Shown: piece after piece, positions 30,858 to 42,260 of the stretch
Layout of the letters: each line of letters opens with the position of its first letter
Numbering within the stretch: the first letter of the stretch is position 1
Source: an uncultured delta proteobacterium
Lineage (GTDB): Bacteria; Myxococcota; Myxococcia; Myxococcales; Myxococcaceae
Reading direction: 5' to 3'
Length of the DNA stretch: 64,000 bases
NCBI GenBank assembly: GCA_963771175.1
Contig: CAVYSY010000026.1
Location: 96,001-160,000, forward strand
The notes under the pieces: generated by a model
Database searches by the model: none
Told to the model about the DNA's origin: nothing
The model's input: the letters and a program-made list of their open reading frames with translations, nothing else
Made by a program: the position numbers and the translations under genes

Positions 30858-32420
30858 TCACGGAACCGCGGGCCTGTGGATGACCTCGATCATGCCCAGA
30901 CCTTCATCCATGAACCGCAACCGCATGGCATCCGCGACCTCTCGCTCCGCGAAGTACCACTGGATGGGAATGCCATTGGCTGATTCAACCTGCCTCATCG
31001 CTTGCTCCACCATCTTGTCGGCTCCCCTGAACCAGCCATCAGGCTCGCCCCCCTTCTTGAAGAGGTCGAGGTAGCCAGGCCCTTTGGCCTCCAGCAACAC
31101 ACCATTCTTGTACCCATCGAACTTCACGTCTCCAATCTTGTAGACATAACCCTCCGGTGCCCCCGTGATCTGCGCCTGATACTCGAGTGCGCGTGGCTTC
31201 ATGGACTCGGTGGCCTTCACCCACTGTCCAGGCCCTCCGGGTGGTGGCGGTCTGGGCACATGACCACCGCCCCCGCTTCCCATGTTGGCCATGTGGAGGA
31301 TGTAGAGGGAGCCCACAGCTGGCCCCACCGCCGTGACAAGCTGGCCCACCGGCACCGCCACGAGGCGCAGAGACATCGTTCCTTCGGCGGACAGGGAGAG
31401 GAGCGGCATCCCGAGGCGTCCCAATCGACTGCCCGCGGAAGCGATGCGCGCACTGCCCGCCCCCGCGGTGCCCACCGTGATGAGGACATTGGTGAGCAGG
31501 CGCGACACGGCACGAACCTGCGCCCCGTGGGGCATCGCTCGAAAGTGCTCCCAGTAATCGGGAGAGTTCTGGATCAGCGTCCTCACGGCCCCCGGTAACT
31601 GCGTCAACCCCTCCAGGCTCTCGATGGGGTGCAGCACGAGGGTCACCAGGCCCGTCACGGTGTCCACCACCGCCGCTCCCGCCCCTTCCAGCATCGGCCC
31701 GACAGTCCCCTCGTCCGGTGCCCAGACGCCGGACATCACCGCGTCTGGGTGTATCTCCAGATCTGCCTCCACCGGGTACAGGTAGTGCCCGCGCACCGTG
31801 TAGAAGGGGCCCACCTCGAAGCCCTCCGCGCGCAGGGCATCCCCCTCCAGTCGTACCTCTCCCGCGTATTGCACGGCCCGACCGGTGGTGGCCTTCACCA
31901 GATAGCCATCGGGCCGCAGCACCAGCAGGGGAACGAAGCGCCGCATGCGCTCATGCAGCATCTCGCGTGAGACCGGGGCGCCCCCTTGCGCCACCTGCCA
32001 TAGCAGATGAGCCGCCATGCGCCAGGGCCCGAAGTCCCTCAGCCCGACCTCCGCCGACAGCACCGCGGAGAGCAGTCGCACGGCCTCGGCCGGAGACAAG
32101 CTGCGTTTGTTCTCTGGGAGTTGCTCCTGCGGGATTCCCGCGCGCACCAGCAGCCCGTGGAAGTAGTCCACGTCCAACAGGTCCGTCTCTATAGGACCCA
32201 CATCGCCTCGGGGCGCACGGGCCATCCCGACCGGCCCGGAAGGAGCTCCAGACGAGGTTCCGCCGAGCATCCCGCGAACTGGCCGCGCCCGCGCACAGTC
32301 GACCCCGGAGGCACAGCCCAGGTAGAGCGAGGAACCGCGCCCCTCCCCTTGCGTGGTGACGCAAGCGGGGAGTCCCATCAACAGCATCAGCAAGACGAAG
32401 CGCACGGGATGGATTGCCAT
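30858..32420 (-). CDS. lipoprotein polymorphic toxin with C-terminal Tox-REase-5 nuclease (SitA-like)
   Basis: Lipobox LPAC; PGGPGQW linker; ESM...EYQAQITG, VKFDGY, LLEAKGPGY, QAMRQ, PIQWYFAE. Confidence 0.85.
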   Translation of the reverse strand: MAIHPVRFVLLMLLMGLPACVTTQGEGRGSSLYLGCASGVDCARARPVRGMLGGTSSGAPSGPVGMARAPRGDVGPIETDLLDVDYFHGLLVRAGIPQEQLPENKRSLSPAEAVRLLSAVLSAEVGLRDFGPWRMAAHLLWQVAQGGAPVSREMLHERMRRFVPLLVLRPDGYLVKATTGRAVQYAGEVRLEGDALRAEGFEVGPFYTVRGHYLYPVEADLEIHPDAVMSGVWAPDEGTVGPMLEGAGAAVVDTVTGLVTLVLHPIESLEGLTQLPGAVRTLIQNSPDYWEHFRAMPHGAQVRAVSRLLTNVLITVGTAGAGSARIASAGSRLGRLGMPLLSLSAEGTMSLRLVAVPVGQLVTAVGPAVGSLYILHMANMGSGGGGHVPRPPPPGGPGQWVKATESMKPRALEYQAQITGAPEGYVYKIGDVKFDGYKNGVLLEAKGPGYLDLFKKGGEPDGWFRGADKMVEQAMRQVESANGIPIQWYFAEREVADAMRLRFMDEGLGMIEVIHRPAVP

Positions 32421-32562
32421 GGTCACCCCGAGCGTAGGCGAGCGCCCCCGTCCGGGTAACGAGCCGATCCGCGCGCAATGAGACGGTGAGGCACGGCGCT
32501 CCCGAGGGAAGCACGCTCGGCACGCGCATTGCTCATACCGCCAGGAGCGGACGGAGGGCGGG

Positions 32563-33349
32563 ATGGAACGGCGTGGGGCGATGGGGATGGTGGAGTGGGA
32601 GGAGTCAGCGGGCAATGGGTCGGTGAGGGAGGTGAAGGAGACGCTTCCGGAGGCGGAGAGCCCTCGGGAGCGCCTCTACAGGTTGGGGGCGTCGGCCCTC
32701 ACCGACCCGGAGCTTCTCTCCGTGCTGCTGGGCTCGAGCTCGCGCACGCAGGTGCTGGCGGAAGCGCTGCTCGCCACGAAGGGTGGGCTCAAGGCCCTGG
32801 TGCAGCAGGACCCGAGGGAGCTGTGCGCACGCCCGGGAATGGGGCCGGTGCGCACGGCGCAGGTGATGGCGGCGCTGGAGCTGGGGCGTCGGGCTCAGCG
32901 CGTCACCGAGCGGCGGCCGCGCCTGCGCACCCCGAAGGAAATCTATCACGTACCTCGCGCCCACCCTGAGCGCGCTGCGGCGGGAGGTGTTCCACGTCCT
33001 GTGCTTCAACGCGCGCAACGTGCTGCTGCACGACGTCCGGGTGGCCGAGGGCACCATCAACGCATGCCCCGTGGACCCACGCGAGGTGTTCGCCGCGGCC
33101 ATCACCTCGCGCGCCTCCGCCATCGTGCTGGCCCACAACCACCCCTCGGGAGACCCGGAGCCCTCGGGGCAGGACCTGGGCCTCACCGCGCAGCTCATCG
33201 AGGCGGGCCGGGTGCTGGGCATCAAGGTGCTGGACCACGTGGTGATTGGAGATGGGACGTACACCTCGCTGCTGGAGCGGGGCGAGCTGCCGCTGCTGGG
33301 CGGGGAGACGAGAGGGCCATGGAGCATGGTGGGAGAGGAGCGTGGGTGA
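32563..33349 (+). CDS. radC: RadC/JAB domain protein, frameshift near 32950
   Basis: PRERL..GASALTDPELLSVLLG, GMGPV, GTINACPVDPREVF, AHNHPSGDPEPS..D, LDHVVIG. Confidence 0.9.
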
Positions 33350-33654
33350 TGCTGGGAGCACTGGGTGTGGTGGCGTGCGGTGGGGGCGCGGTGCAGGTGG
33401 AGGTGCTGGAGGACGAGGTGGCGCAGGTGGTGCCCATGGGAGGTGGCCCGGCGCACACGGTGCCTCGCACCACCCTGCCCTCGAACGTGAGGGAGGGGGA
33501 TGTGGTGAGGGATGGCCGCCTGGATGCCGAGCTGGGGGCCCGGCTGGCGCGCGAGGTGGCGGAGTGGCGGGCGCGCCTGGCCGTTCCAGTACCTGACGGG
33601 CTGGACCTGGACGCAGGAGCCTCTGAGTCGTTGACGCCCAAGAAGGAACAGTGA
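33349..33654 (+). CDS. small DUF3006-like protein
   Basis: VEVLEDEVAQV...PRTTLPSNVREGDVV. Confidence 0.6.
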   Translation: MLGALGVVACGGGAVQVEVLEDEVAQVVPMGGGPAHTVPRTTLPSNVREGDVVRDGRLDAELGARLAREVAEWRARLAVPVPDGLDLDAGASESLTPKKEQ

Positions 33655-35724
33655 ATATGCGGCGGATGACGGAGGCCCTGCCCTACTTCGAGCAAGCACA
33701 AGAGGGACTGGTCCGTCATTTCGGGCTGACCGAGTTCAGACCGGGGCAGGCCCAGGTCATCAGCTCCGTTCTGAGCGGGCGCAACACCGTGGTGGTGATG
33801 CCCACGGGCGCGGGGAAGAGCCTCTGCTACCAGCTCCCCGCCATGCTGATGCCCGGGGTGACGCTCGTCATCTCGCCCCTCATCGCGCTGATGAAGGACC
33901 AGGTGGAGCAGCTCACCGCCCGGGGCATCTCCGCCACCTTCATCAACTCGTCCCTGTCGGACCTGGAGCGCGCGGACCGCATCCGCCGGATGCGCATCGG
34001 TGAGTTCAAGCTCGTCTACGTGGCGCCCGAGCGCTTTCGCAGCCCGAGCTTCCTGGACGCGCTGGCCCAGGTGGGGGTGGACCTGCTCGCCGTGGACGAG
34101 GCCCACTGCATCTCCCAGTGGGGCCACGACTTCCGGCCGGACTACGCGCAGCTCGGCCAGGTGCGCAAGCGCCTGCGCCCACCGCGCACCGTGGCCCTCA
34201 CCGCCACCGCCACGCCCGAGGTCCGCGACGACATCGTCCGCTCCCTGCTGATGAAGGATCCGTCAGGTGTTCGCCGACGGCTTCGACCGGCCCAACCTCT
34301 TCCTGGAGGTGTTCGAGGTCGGCGGGGACGAGGACAAGCGTCGGGCTTGCGCGGGGCTCGCATCGCTGGGGGGCAGCGGCATCATCTACTGCTCCACCCG
34401 CAAGTCGACGGAGAACATGCACTCCGCGCTGCTCGAGCGGGGCGTGAACGCCGTCCTCTACCACGCGGGCATGGACGACGACGCGCGGCGCCGGGCCCAG
34501 GACGACTTCATGTCCGCCAAGGAGGCGGTGGCGGTGGCCACCAACGCCTTCGGCATGGGCATCGACAAGCCGGACATCCGCTTCGTCGCCCACGCCAACA
34601 TCCCCAAGGCGGTGGAGGCCTACTACCAGGAGATCGGCCGCGCGGGACGCGACCGGGGGCCGGCCTTCGCCGCGCTCCTCTTCAACCACGCGGACGTGTA
34701 CACGCAGGAGCGGCTCATCGAGAGCAACCACCCCTCGGAGGCGGTGCTCTCGGACGTGTGGAACGTGCTGCGCAGCGTGCCCGAGTACGACAAGGGCATG
34801 CACGTGCTGGCCGCCCAGTCGGGCGCGAGCGAGTTCGAGGTCTCCGCCGCGCTGCGCATCCTGGAGCGCGAGGGGAAGATCGAGCGCGGCGGCCGCGGCG
34901 AGGGCGAGTACGGCATCACCCTGACGGAGAAGGCCGCCACGACGCAGCCGCACGCCCCGGACGCGCGGCGCCTGCTGGCCTCGCTGCTGGAGACGTTCCC
35001 GGTGGGGCGCTCGGCCACCACGGAGCTGCCCATCCTCGCGCGGCGCACCGGGCTGTCCGGCGATGACATCCAGCACGCGCTGAAGCTGCTGGAGCGGGCC
35101 GGGGCGGTGCAGGTGCGCCGGCCCTTCGCGGGCCGAGCCATCCGCGCGCTGGAGCAGGTGCCCTTCCGCGAGCTGGGCGTGGACCTGAGCAAGCTGCGCG
35201 AGCAGGAGCGGCGCTCGCTGCTGCTGCTCAAGCGGATGACGGACTACGCCTACACGAAGCGCTGCCGGCGGGCCTTCATCCTGCAGTACTTCGGCCAGCA
35301 GGACGTGGACGCCACCTGCGGCAACTGCGACATGTGCGCCGGCAGCAGGATGCAGCGGCTGGAGGGTGTCTCCCGCTCGGCCACCGCTTCTCGGGCCACG
35401 CCGACGCTCGCCCCGGGACGGCCCGACGGCTACAGCGAGCTGGCCGCCACCGAGCTGCGCCGCTGGCGCAAGGACCTGGCGCGGGACCTCGAGGTGCCGC
35501 CCTTCATCATCTTCAACGACGAGACGCTGCGTGGACTCGCCGCGGCGCTGCCCATCGACCGCGAGGGCTTCCTCGCGGTGAAGGGCACGGGCGAGAGCCG
35601 CTGGGAGCGCTTCGGGCCCAAGGTGGTGGAGATCTGCCTCATGGCGCGCGCCGCCGGCCACGAGCCCATCCCCGTGGCCCCCGTACCGCCCCGGGTGCGC
35701 AAGGCCCGCGGCACCCGGCACTGA
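33651..35724 (+). CDS. recQ: RecQ-family DNA helicase with HRDC domain, frameshift near 34265
   Basis: MPTGAGKSLCYQ, VDEAHCISQWGHDFRP, ATNAFGMGIDK, YYQEIGRAGRD, CRR..CGNCDMC, C-terminal HRDC. Confidence 0.92.
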
Positions 35725-35736
35725 GGCGACGCCGGG

Positions 35737-36100
35737 CTACCCTCGCGGGGAACGGCGCAGCACCAGGCCGACGCAGCGTGCCCATGAACACGCCCACCAC
35801 CACCGCGAGCAGGAAGATGATGATGATGGTGGTGGCGCCGAAGACGAGGCGCACCGTGGACTCGGTGATGTGGCCGGAGAAGTAGGCATCGCGCAGCGGC
35901 TGCATGCCCCCCACCAGCTCCAGAGCCCGCGCCGGCAGCGAGTCCAGCGACAGGGAGAGCCGCTGGAGGAAGATGGACGGCTAGAACCGCCGCGCGCCCT
36001 CCACGAGGATGCCCACCACCAGGTAGAGGATGGAGAGCAGGAAGGCGTTGCCGCTCATGATGCGCATCAGCGGCAGCGGCGGAGGAGTCTGGGCTTCCAC
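35737..36100 (-). CDS. small two-TM membrane protein (in-frame TAG at 35981-35983, probable 3' frameshift)
   Basis: NAFLLSILYLVVGILVEGARRF*PSIFLQRLSLSLDSLPARALELVG...TIIIIFLLAVVVGVFMG reads in one frame. Confidence 0.6.
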
Positions 36101-36101
36101 G

Positions 36102-39100
36102 CTATCGTCCCCCTGCCCGGCGCTGCAGGGCCGGCAATGCCTTCTTCACCCGGCCCGCCTCGGGAGAGGCGCCCGCCAGCTTCAGGAAGGACTCGTAGGC
36201 CTGCACCGCCCGCGCCGTCTCCGCGGAGTTGCGCACGAGCGCGTCCGCCAGGGCCAGCCAGACCGAGCCGTCCACGGGCTCCAGCTCCACCGCCCGGGAG
36301 AGCGCCTTCATCGCGGTCGCCTCGTCCCGCTGCTTCAGCGCCACCTGACCCAGCACGAGGTGGCTCCGCCCCGAGGAGGGCGCCAGCCGCACCGCCTCGT
36401 CCGCGGCCTCGCGCGCCTCCTTCGTCACCCCGGCGGCGAGCAGCACCCGCGCCCTGGCCGCCTGGGCGAAGCCCTTGTCCCACGTGGTGGGCGCCTTGTC
36501 CGCGAGGTCCTTCAGCACCTTCGCCGCCGCGCGTCCGCCCGAGCCGTCCACCCAGTGCTCGCCCACCTGGCCGCACGTGACGTCCGGCCCCTCGCGCCGC
36601 GCCGCCTCGAAGGCCTTGGCCGCGTTGTCCTCGAGGCCCTGCCGCAGGAAGGCGAAGGCGATCTCACAGAAGGTCTCCGGCGATTTGGGATCCAGCCTGT
36701 TGGCGTTCTCCAGTTCGCCGAAGCCGCCCTTGGTGTTGCCCAGGGCGAAAAGAACGGCGGCGCGCGCACGATGGGCTTCGGGATCGCTCGCGGCCAGCTT
36801 CACCGCGCGCCCGGCGGCGGCCTCCGCGTCCTTCATCCGGCCCAACTGGAACAGCGCCATCGCGAACCCCTTGTGGGCCGCCGCGGCGTTCGGGTTGTCG
36901 AGCTGCCACTCCTCGAACTGCTTGAGGGCCTCGTCGGTGCGGCCCAGCGCCAGCAGCGTCCGGCCGAGCGCCTCGCGCGCCTCGCCGTGGGAGCCGTTGC
37001 GCTCCACCGCCTGCGTCAGCGGCTTCATCGCCTGGTCCGGCAGGCCCCGGGCCATGAGAAGCCGGCCCAGCGCGCACGAGGCCTCGTAGTGCCGCGCGCC
37101 CTCCGCCACGGCCGCCTCCAGCAGGGTGCTCGCCTTGTCCAGGGCCTTGTCCTGCCAGTGCACCAGCGCCAATGCCGTGCGCACCTCGGACCTGCCCGTC
37201 TTCGCCGCCACGAGCGTCTTCTCCAGCGCCGCCCTCGCCCGGTCGCGCTCGCCCTCGGCGGCATCGGCCTGGGCCAGGTAGACGACGGCCTCGGCGGGAT
37301 AGCGGTCCCCCACGCGCGTGAGGGCCAGTTCCGCCCGGACGCGTTTCCAGTCGCCCAGCTTCGCGTAGGCCCCGGCCCGCACCAGCGCCACCTGGCGGCC
37401 CTCGCCCTCCACCCGGGAGAGCACCTCGCGCTCGCGGTCTCGGTCCAGGAGCGCCCGACCAATGCCCGCCTGCGCCTCCTCGCTGCCGGGCTTCACCGTG
37501 AGGGCCTGCTCAAAAGCCCGCTGGGTGGCGGCCATGTCCCCGGCCACGCGGTTCGCCTCGCCGAGCGCGAGGAAGGTCTCGTAGGCCAGCGGCCCCTTCG
37601 TGCCCTCGGCGAGGAGCGTGCGTGCCTCGCGGGCCTTGCCGAGCGCGGTCATCAACCGACCCTGCGCCAGTTGCTGGCGCGGGCGCATCGCGACCGGCAG
37701 CGCCGGGTCCGTGGCCAACCCCTGCACGTCCGAGAGGGCGGACTCCAGCTCCTGGCCGAGCACCAGCCGGCTCTCCGCGATGCCGAGACGCGCCACCGGG
37801 TGCTCGGGGGCCAGCTTCGCGACGCTCGTGTACACCTTCAGCGCGTTCACCGGGTCGCCCGCGTCGAGGTAGTAACTCCCGAGCGACAGCAGGGCGCGCA
37901 CGTTGCGCGGTGACAGCTTGAGGGCCCGCTGGAAGCGCTCCAGGGCCTCCTGCATCTTGCCCGATTCGAGCAGCACGGTGCCGGCCAGCCCCTGGACCTC
38001 CGAGGTCTCCACCCTGGCACCCAGGAGGGCGCGGCGGGCGGAGTCGCGGCCCTGCGCATCGGCCACCAGCACGTCCACCACCAGGGCGAGCCCCGGGTGC
38101 TCCGCGCGCACGTTCGGACGGTTCAGCGCGGCGAGCGCCTGCGCACGATCCTCGGCGGAAGCACTGTCGGCGTACCGCACCGCGTGGGCGTGGGCCGAGA
38201 GGGCCCAGGCACGGGTGTTGTCTGACTCCAGATCCACCACGAGGCCGAGCTGCGCGAGCGCCTCCTGCCGGGCGGACTCCGTATCCTGCTCGATGAGCTG
38301 GGAGACCCGATCCAGCGCCGCGGCGAGCGCCTGGCCGCCCTGCTTCGCCATCACGAGGAGGAGCACGCCGAGCAGCACCACCAGGGCGCCCATCGCCGCC
38401 ATCACCTTCAGCGTGCGGCCGGAGAAGAACGAGCCCCCGTCCTTGGGGAGGAGATTCTCGCGCAGCTCACGCTCATAGGCCGCGGTGAGGGTCCCCACGT
38501 CTTGGACGGGAGCAGCCTTCCGGCCCACCGGGGCGACCACCGGCGCGGGAGCCGCCTGGACGTCCGCGGTCGCCTCGGGGAGCTCATCGAGCAGCCCGCG
38601 CCGGGAACCAAGGCCCGACGGCGGAGGCGAGAGCACGGGCCCACGCCTCTCGGGCGCGGGCGGCGGAGCGGCGGGCCTGGGCTCCTCGAGCGACGGTAAA
38701 TCCGCGAGCAGTCCGCCCTCGCTCGAAGGCTCGGGCTCGCCCTCCGCCACGGCCTCCACCGGCTCTGGACTCTCCTCACTAGAGGGAGCCTCCGCCGACG
38801 CGGCCAGTGGCTCCTCCTCGACAGGCAGCTCCTCCTCGGGAGCCTCGCTCGGAGCGGCGTCGACCGGAGCGGCCTCGAGCAGCGGGCCCCCTTCGAATCT
38901 CACCGGCCTCCGGCGTCAGCACCACCGGGGCCTCGTCCGGGGCCGCCACGTCCGCGGCCTCCAGCACCGGCACGGTAGGGCCCTCTGGAGCCAAGGGAGG
39001 AGCCGACTCGGCCGGAGCCTCCGCCACCTGGGCGGACGCGGCCTCCGGAGCCGGCTCAGCGGGAGCCTCGGGGGAAGCCTCCGGACCCGAGGCCTCCTCC

Positions 39101-39576
39101 TTGGCGACGGGCTCCTCCGCGGCCTTGGGCTCCAGCGTATTCAGGTCGCTGAACTCCGGGGCGGGCCCACCCGAGAGCGCCGCCTGGGCCTGCTCCATCC
39201 ACCCACGCACGCGGGCGTCGTTGGGCTGCAGGGCCAGCGCCTTGCGGAGGATGGGCAGCGCCGAGCGGAACAGCCCCCGTTGCAGCAGCACCTCGGCGAT
39301 GAGGTTGTAGGCGTGCGGGTTCTCTTTATCGATCGAAACGGCCTGATCGAACTGGGCCATCGCCTCGGCGGGACGGCCCAGCAAGATGAGCGCCTTGCCC
39401 CACAGCACCCGCCCCGTCACCGAGTTGGGGTGATGGGAGATGCCCTGCTCGCAGACCGTAATGGCTCGAGCGGCCTCCCCCTTGGCGATGAGGGCCTTGG
39501 CCAGTTCGACGAAAACCGACGATGCAGGATCCTGGGCGAGGAGCTGCTCGTAGCGCTCCACCAACGATTTGGCCAT
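36102..39576 (-). CDS. large TPR protein (N-terminal TPR, acidic/Pro linker, TM, C-terminal TPRs), frameshift near 38900
   Basis: MAKSLVERYEQLLAQDPASSVFVELAK; TM segment VMAAMGALVVLLGVLLLVM; many TPR-like repeats. Confidence 0.85.
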
Positions 39577-39647
39577 GCGGCCCGCGACCATAGCACTGGG
39601 CCCGCTTCCGTTTCGCCCCCTCTGGAATGGGTGCTACCGTCTCCGGC

Positions 39648-40067
39648 GTGATTCGCCTGCTCGCTGTGCTACTCGTCCTCACTCTCGGTGGGGCCTGCGC
39701 CCACACGAAGAAAAACTCCGACACGCAGAGCCTTCAGCCGGTGGTGGAAAGCTTCCATCAGCGTGTACGCTGGAAGGACTACCGACTCGCCTCCCGCTAC
39801 ATCGTCCCCGAGCGCCGCAAGGACTTCGAGCGGGCGCGCCGGGAGCTCAAGGACGAGAGGGATCTGTCCATCACCGACTACGAAGTCGAGGAGGTGCAGT
39901 TCGTCGAGGAGGGCCATCGGGCCATCGTCACGAGCCGCATGCAGTGGATGCGCCTCCCCTCGCCCTCCGAGAAGACCGACACCGTCACCTCCGAGTTCAT
40001 CTATCGGGACGGGACGTGGCTGCTGGAGCGGCAGGTCGGGGGCCCGTTCGACGGCGAGCTGCCCTGA
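39648..40067 (+). CDS. lipoprotein, hypothetical
   Basis: Lipobox GGAC after a hydrophobic signal; FHQRVRWKDY. Confidence 0.75.
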   Translation: MIRLLAVLLVLTLGGACAHTKKNSDTQSLQPVVESFHQRVRWKDYRLASRYIVPERRKDFERARRELKDERDLSITDYEVEEVQFVEEGHRAIVTSRMQWMRLPSPSEKTDTVTSEFIYRDGTWLLERQVGGPFDGELP

Positions 40068-40112
40068 AAAAAAAACGCCCACCGTCCCGGGGCCGGCCGA
40101 GGCGGTGGGCGT
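40067..40112 (-). terminator. intrinsic terminator, minus strand
   Basis: ACGCCCACCGTC...GGCGGTGGGCGT hairpin next to an A9 run (U-tract on the minus strand). Confidence 0.7.
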
Positions 40113-40327
40113 CGGTGGCCCCCCTATGGAGCCACCTGACCATGCCTGCCTCTAGAGCAATGCGGGTGCCAGCCCCTCGTCCGCCGCCTCCCTCCGGAAA
40201 ATCAGGGGGTTGCGCGTCCGCCCCAGGAAGGCCCCACATGAGAAGGGCCCAAGTCCACGACATCCGTGTCAGGAGTCGCTGGGGGCGCCGTGGATTTCTC
40301 CCCTGACAAGCGCGTCAGGGGAACCCC

Positions 40328-41272
40328 TTACTCGCCGATGACGGAGCGGATCGTCTCGCGCATGGAGTGGCGAGGCTTCCAGTCCACGTCCTTCCGCCAG
40401 CGGCCGCCGTCCACGTTGCAGAGGAACTGGATGTGGTCCAGCTCGGGGGGCGGGAAGTTGGCCAGCCGGTACTTGAAGAGGAGCCCCAGCAGGGGCCGGG
40501 CCACGGGGTGCGGCACGGGGATGGCTTTGTGGCCCAGCTCGCGGAGGATGGCGGACAGGGGCACCTCGCCGGGGCCCACCACGTTGTAGACGCCCTTGGG
40601 CTCGGGGCGCAGGGCGGCCTCCACCATGGCGCGCGCCACGTCCTCCACGTGGATGAGCTGCACCATCGGATCGAAGCCCGCGAGCACCCACGGGCGGCGC
40701 AGCCGCAGGTAGTTGCTGGGCGCGTTCTTGATGGTGGGGCCCACGATGTGGACGGGCCGGAGGATGACCGTCTGGACGTCGGGGTGCTTCCAGAAGAAGC
40801 CGTGCGCGAGCATGTCGACCTCGATCAGGTCGCGCACTCCCGAGAAGCGGCTGGCCGCCATGAGCGGCGCGTCCTCGGTGAGGAAGTTGGAGTTGTCCGG
40901 GCTGGGGCCGTAGACGTTGGCCGAGGAGAGGACCACCACCTTCTTCACGTTGTAGCGGGCGCAGTACTCGAGCAGGCGCGTGGTGCCCACCACGTTGAAG
41001 GAGTGGTGCTCCTCCTCGCTCATGCGCGGGTCGTGCATGATGCCCATGTGGATGACCGCGCGGATGTCGTTCTTGCGGAAGACGTCCTCCGCCTTCTTCT
41101 TGCGCAGGTCCAACTGGTGCATCTCGATGTCCTTCGGCTTGCCCACGAAGGGGCGCCGATCGATACCGATGATGCGCTCGTGCTTGTGCAGCAGCTTGGC
41201 CAGCGTCCGGCCCAGGTTGCCGCTGATGCCGGTGACGACGACGGCCGGTCTCTTGGAAGGATCCTGTGTCAT
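40328..41272 (-). CDS. NAD-dependent epimerase/dehydratase (extended SDR)
   Basis: VVTGISGNLG, NVVGT, SSANVYG, QLIHVEDVA, GVYNVVGP. Confidence 0.9.
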   Translation of the reverse strand: MTQDPSKRPAVVVTGISGNLGRTLAKLLHKHERIIGIDRRPFVGKPKDIEMHQLDLRKKKAEDVFRKNDIRAVIHMGIMHDPRMSEEEHHSFNVVGTTRLLEYCARYNVKKVVVLSSANVYGPSPDNSNFLTEDAPLMAASRFSGVRDLIEVDMLAHGFFWKHPDVQTVILRPVHIVGPTIKNAPSNYLRLRRPWVLAGFDPMVQLIHVEDVARAMVEAALRPEPKGVYNVVGPGEVPLSAILRELGHKAIPVPHPVARPLLGLLFKYRLANFPPPELDHIQFLCNVDGGRWRKDVDWKPRHSMRETIRSVIGE

Positions 41273-41291
41273 GGCGCGCGTGCCGGGGGCT

Positions 41292-42148
41292 TCACCAGAA
41301 GACGCCCTGGCGCTCCTGGAGGCCCTGGTTGAGCATGGACTGGATGGCGGACTTCACGGTGCGGACCTTCTTGTCCAGCTCGGTGTCCTCGTCGTCCGGA
41401 CGGCCCGTGAAGCGCAGCGGCTCCCCGAAGTAGATGCGGTACTTGGTGGGCAGCGGGAAGGGGCAGCCCGGTGACGGTGAGGGGGAAGGAGGGGAAGCCG
41501 AGCAGCTTCGCCAGGGGCTTCACGTCCATCAGGGCGGGAGCCTGCTCCTCGGCGCCCACCACGGCGATGGGAACGATGGGGGTGTCCGTCTCCAGGGCCA
41601 GGCGCATGAAGCCCAGACCGAAGTCCTGGAGCTGGTAGCGCTGGGGCCACAGCTTGCCGATGCCGCGTACGCCCTCGGGGAAGACGAGGATGGCCTCCTC
41701 CGCCTCGAGCAGGCGCCGGCAGTTCTCCGGGGTGCCGACGATCTGGCCCACCCGGGCCATGAAGGTGGAGACGTAGGGCAGCGAGGGCACCCACTTCTCC
41801 ACCATGCTGCGGATGGCGCGCGGCGGGTCGGCCTCCAGCAGCAGGGCCACGCCAATCATCGCTCCGTCCATGGGCAGCTGGCCGGAGTGGTTGCGAGACG
41901 AGGAGGACGCGGCCCTTGGGCACGTTCTCGACGCCGTGGACCTCCACCCGGTGGTAGTGGCGGTAGAGCCAGAAGAAGGGCGCCAGCGCCGAGAGGCTGT
42001 AGTCGAGGTTGAAGCCGAACGGATCCACCCCGTACTCGTTGCCAGTGCGGGCGAGCGCCTGCAGGCGCTCCTTGCGCTCCGGCCCCACCATGCGCTCCGT
42101 CCACTCCCGGAGATCCTGCTTCACCTTGTCGGAGAGCTGCTGGAACAT
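41292..42148 (-). CDS. lysophospholipid/glycerol acyltransferase, frameshifted
   Basis: NEYGVDPFG, (N)HSGQLPMDG, VFPEGVRG, FGLGFMRLAL. Confidence 0.88.
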
Positions 42149-42260
42149 GAGGCGTGTCTACACCATCCCCTCCCTCGCTGGGAGGCATCCGTGTCCGCTA
42201 GCGGATGGATTTCACACCAGCATTGGCGCATCCCCCCGAGGGCCCCTTATGAAGTAGCGG

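Noticed and set aside
32563..35724. radC/recQ frameshifts as programmed frameshifting, or the genes as a defence island
   Set aside because: No slippery sequences at the shifts, which fit the window-wide error pattern. radC is the full-length chromosomal type.
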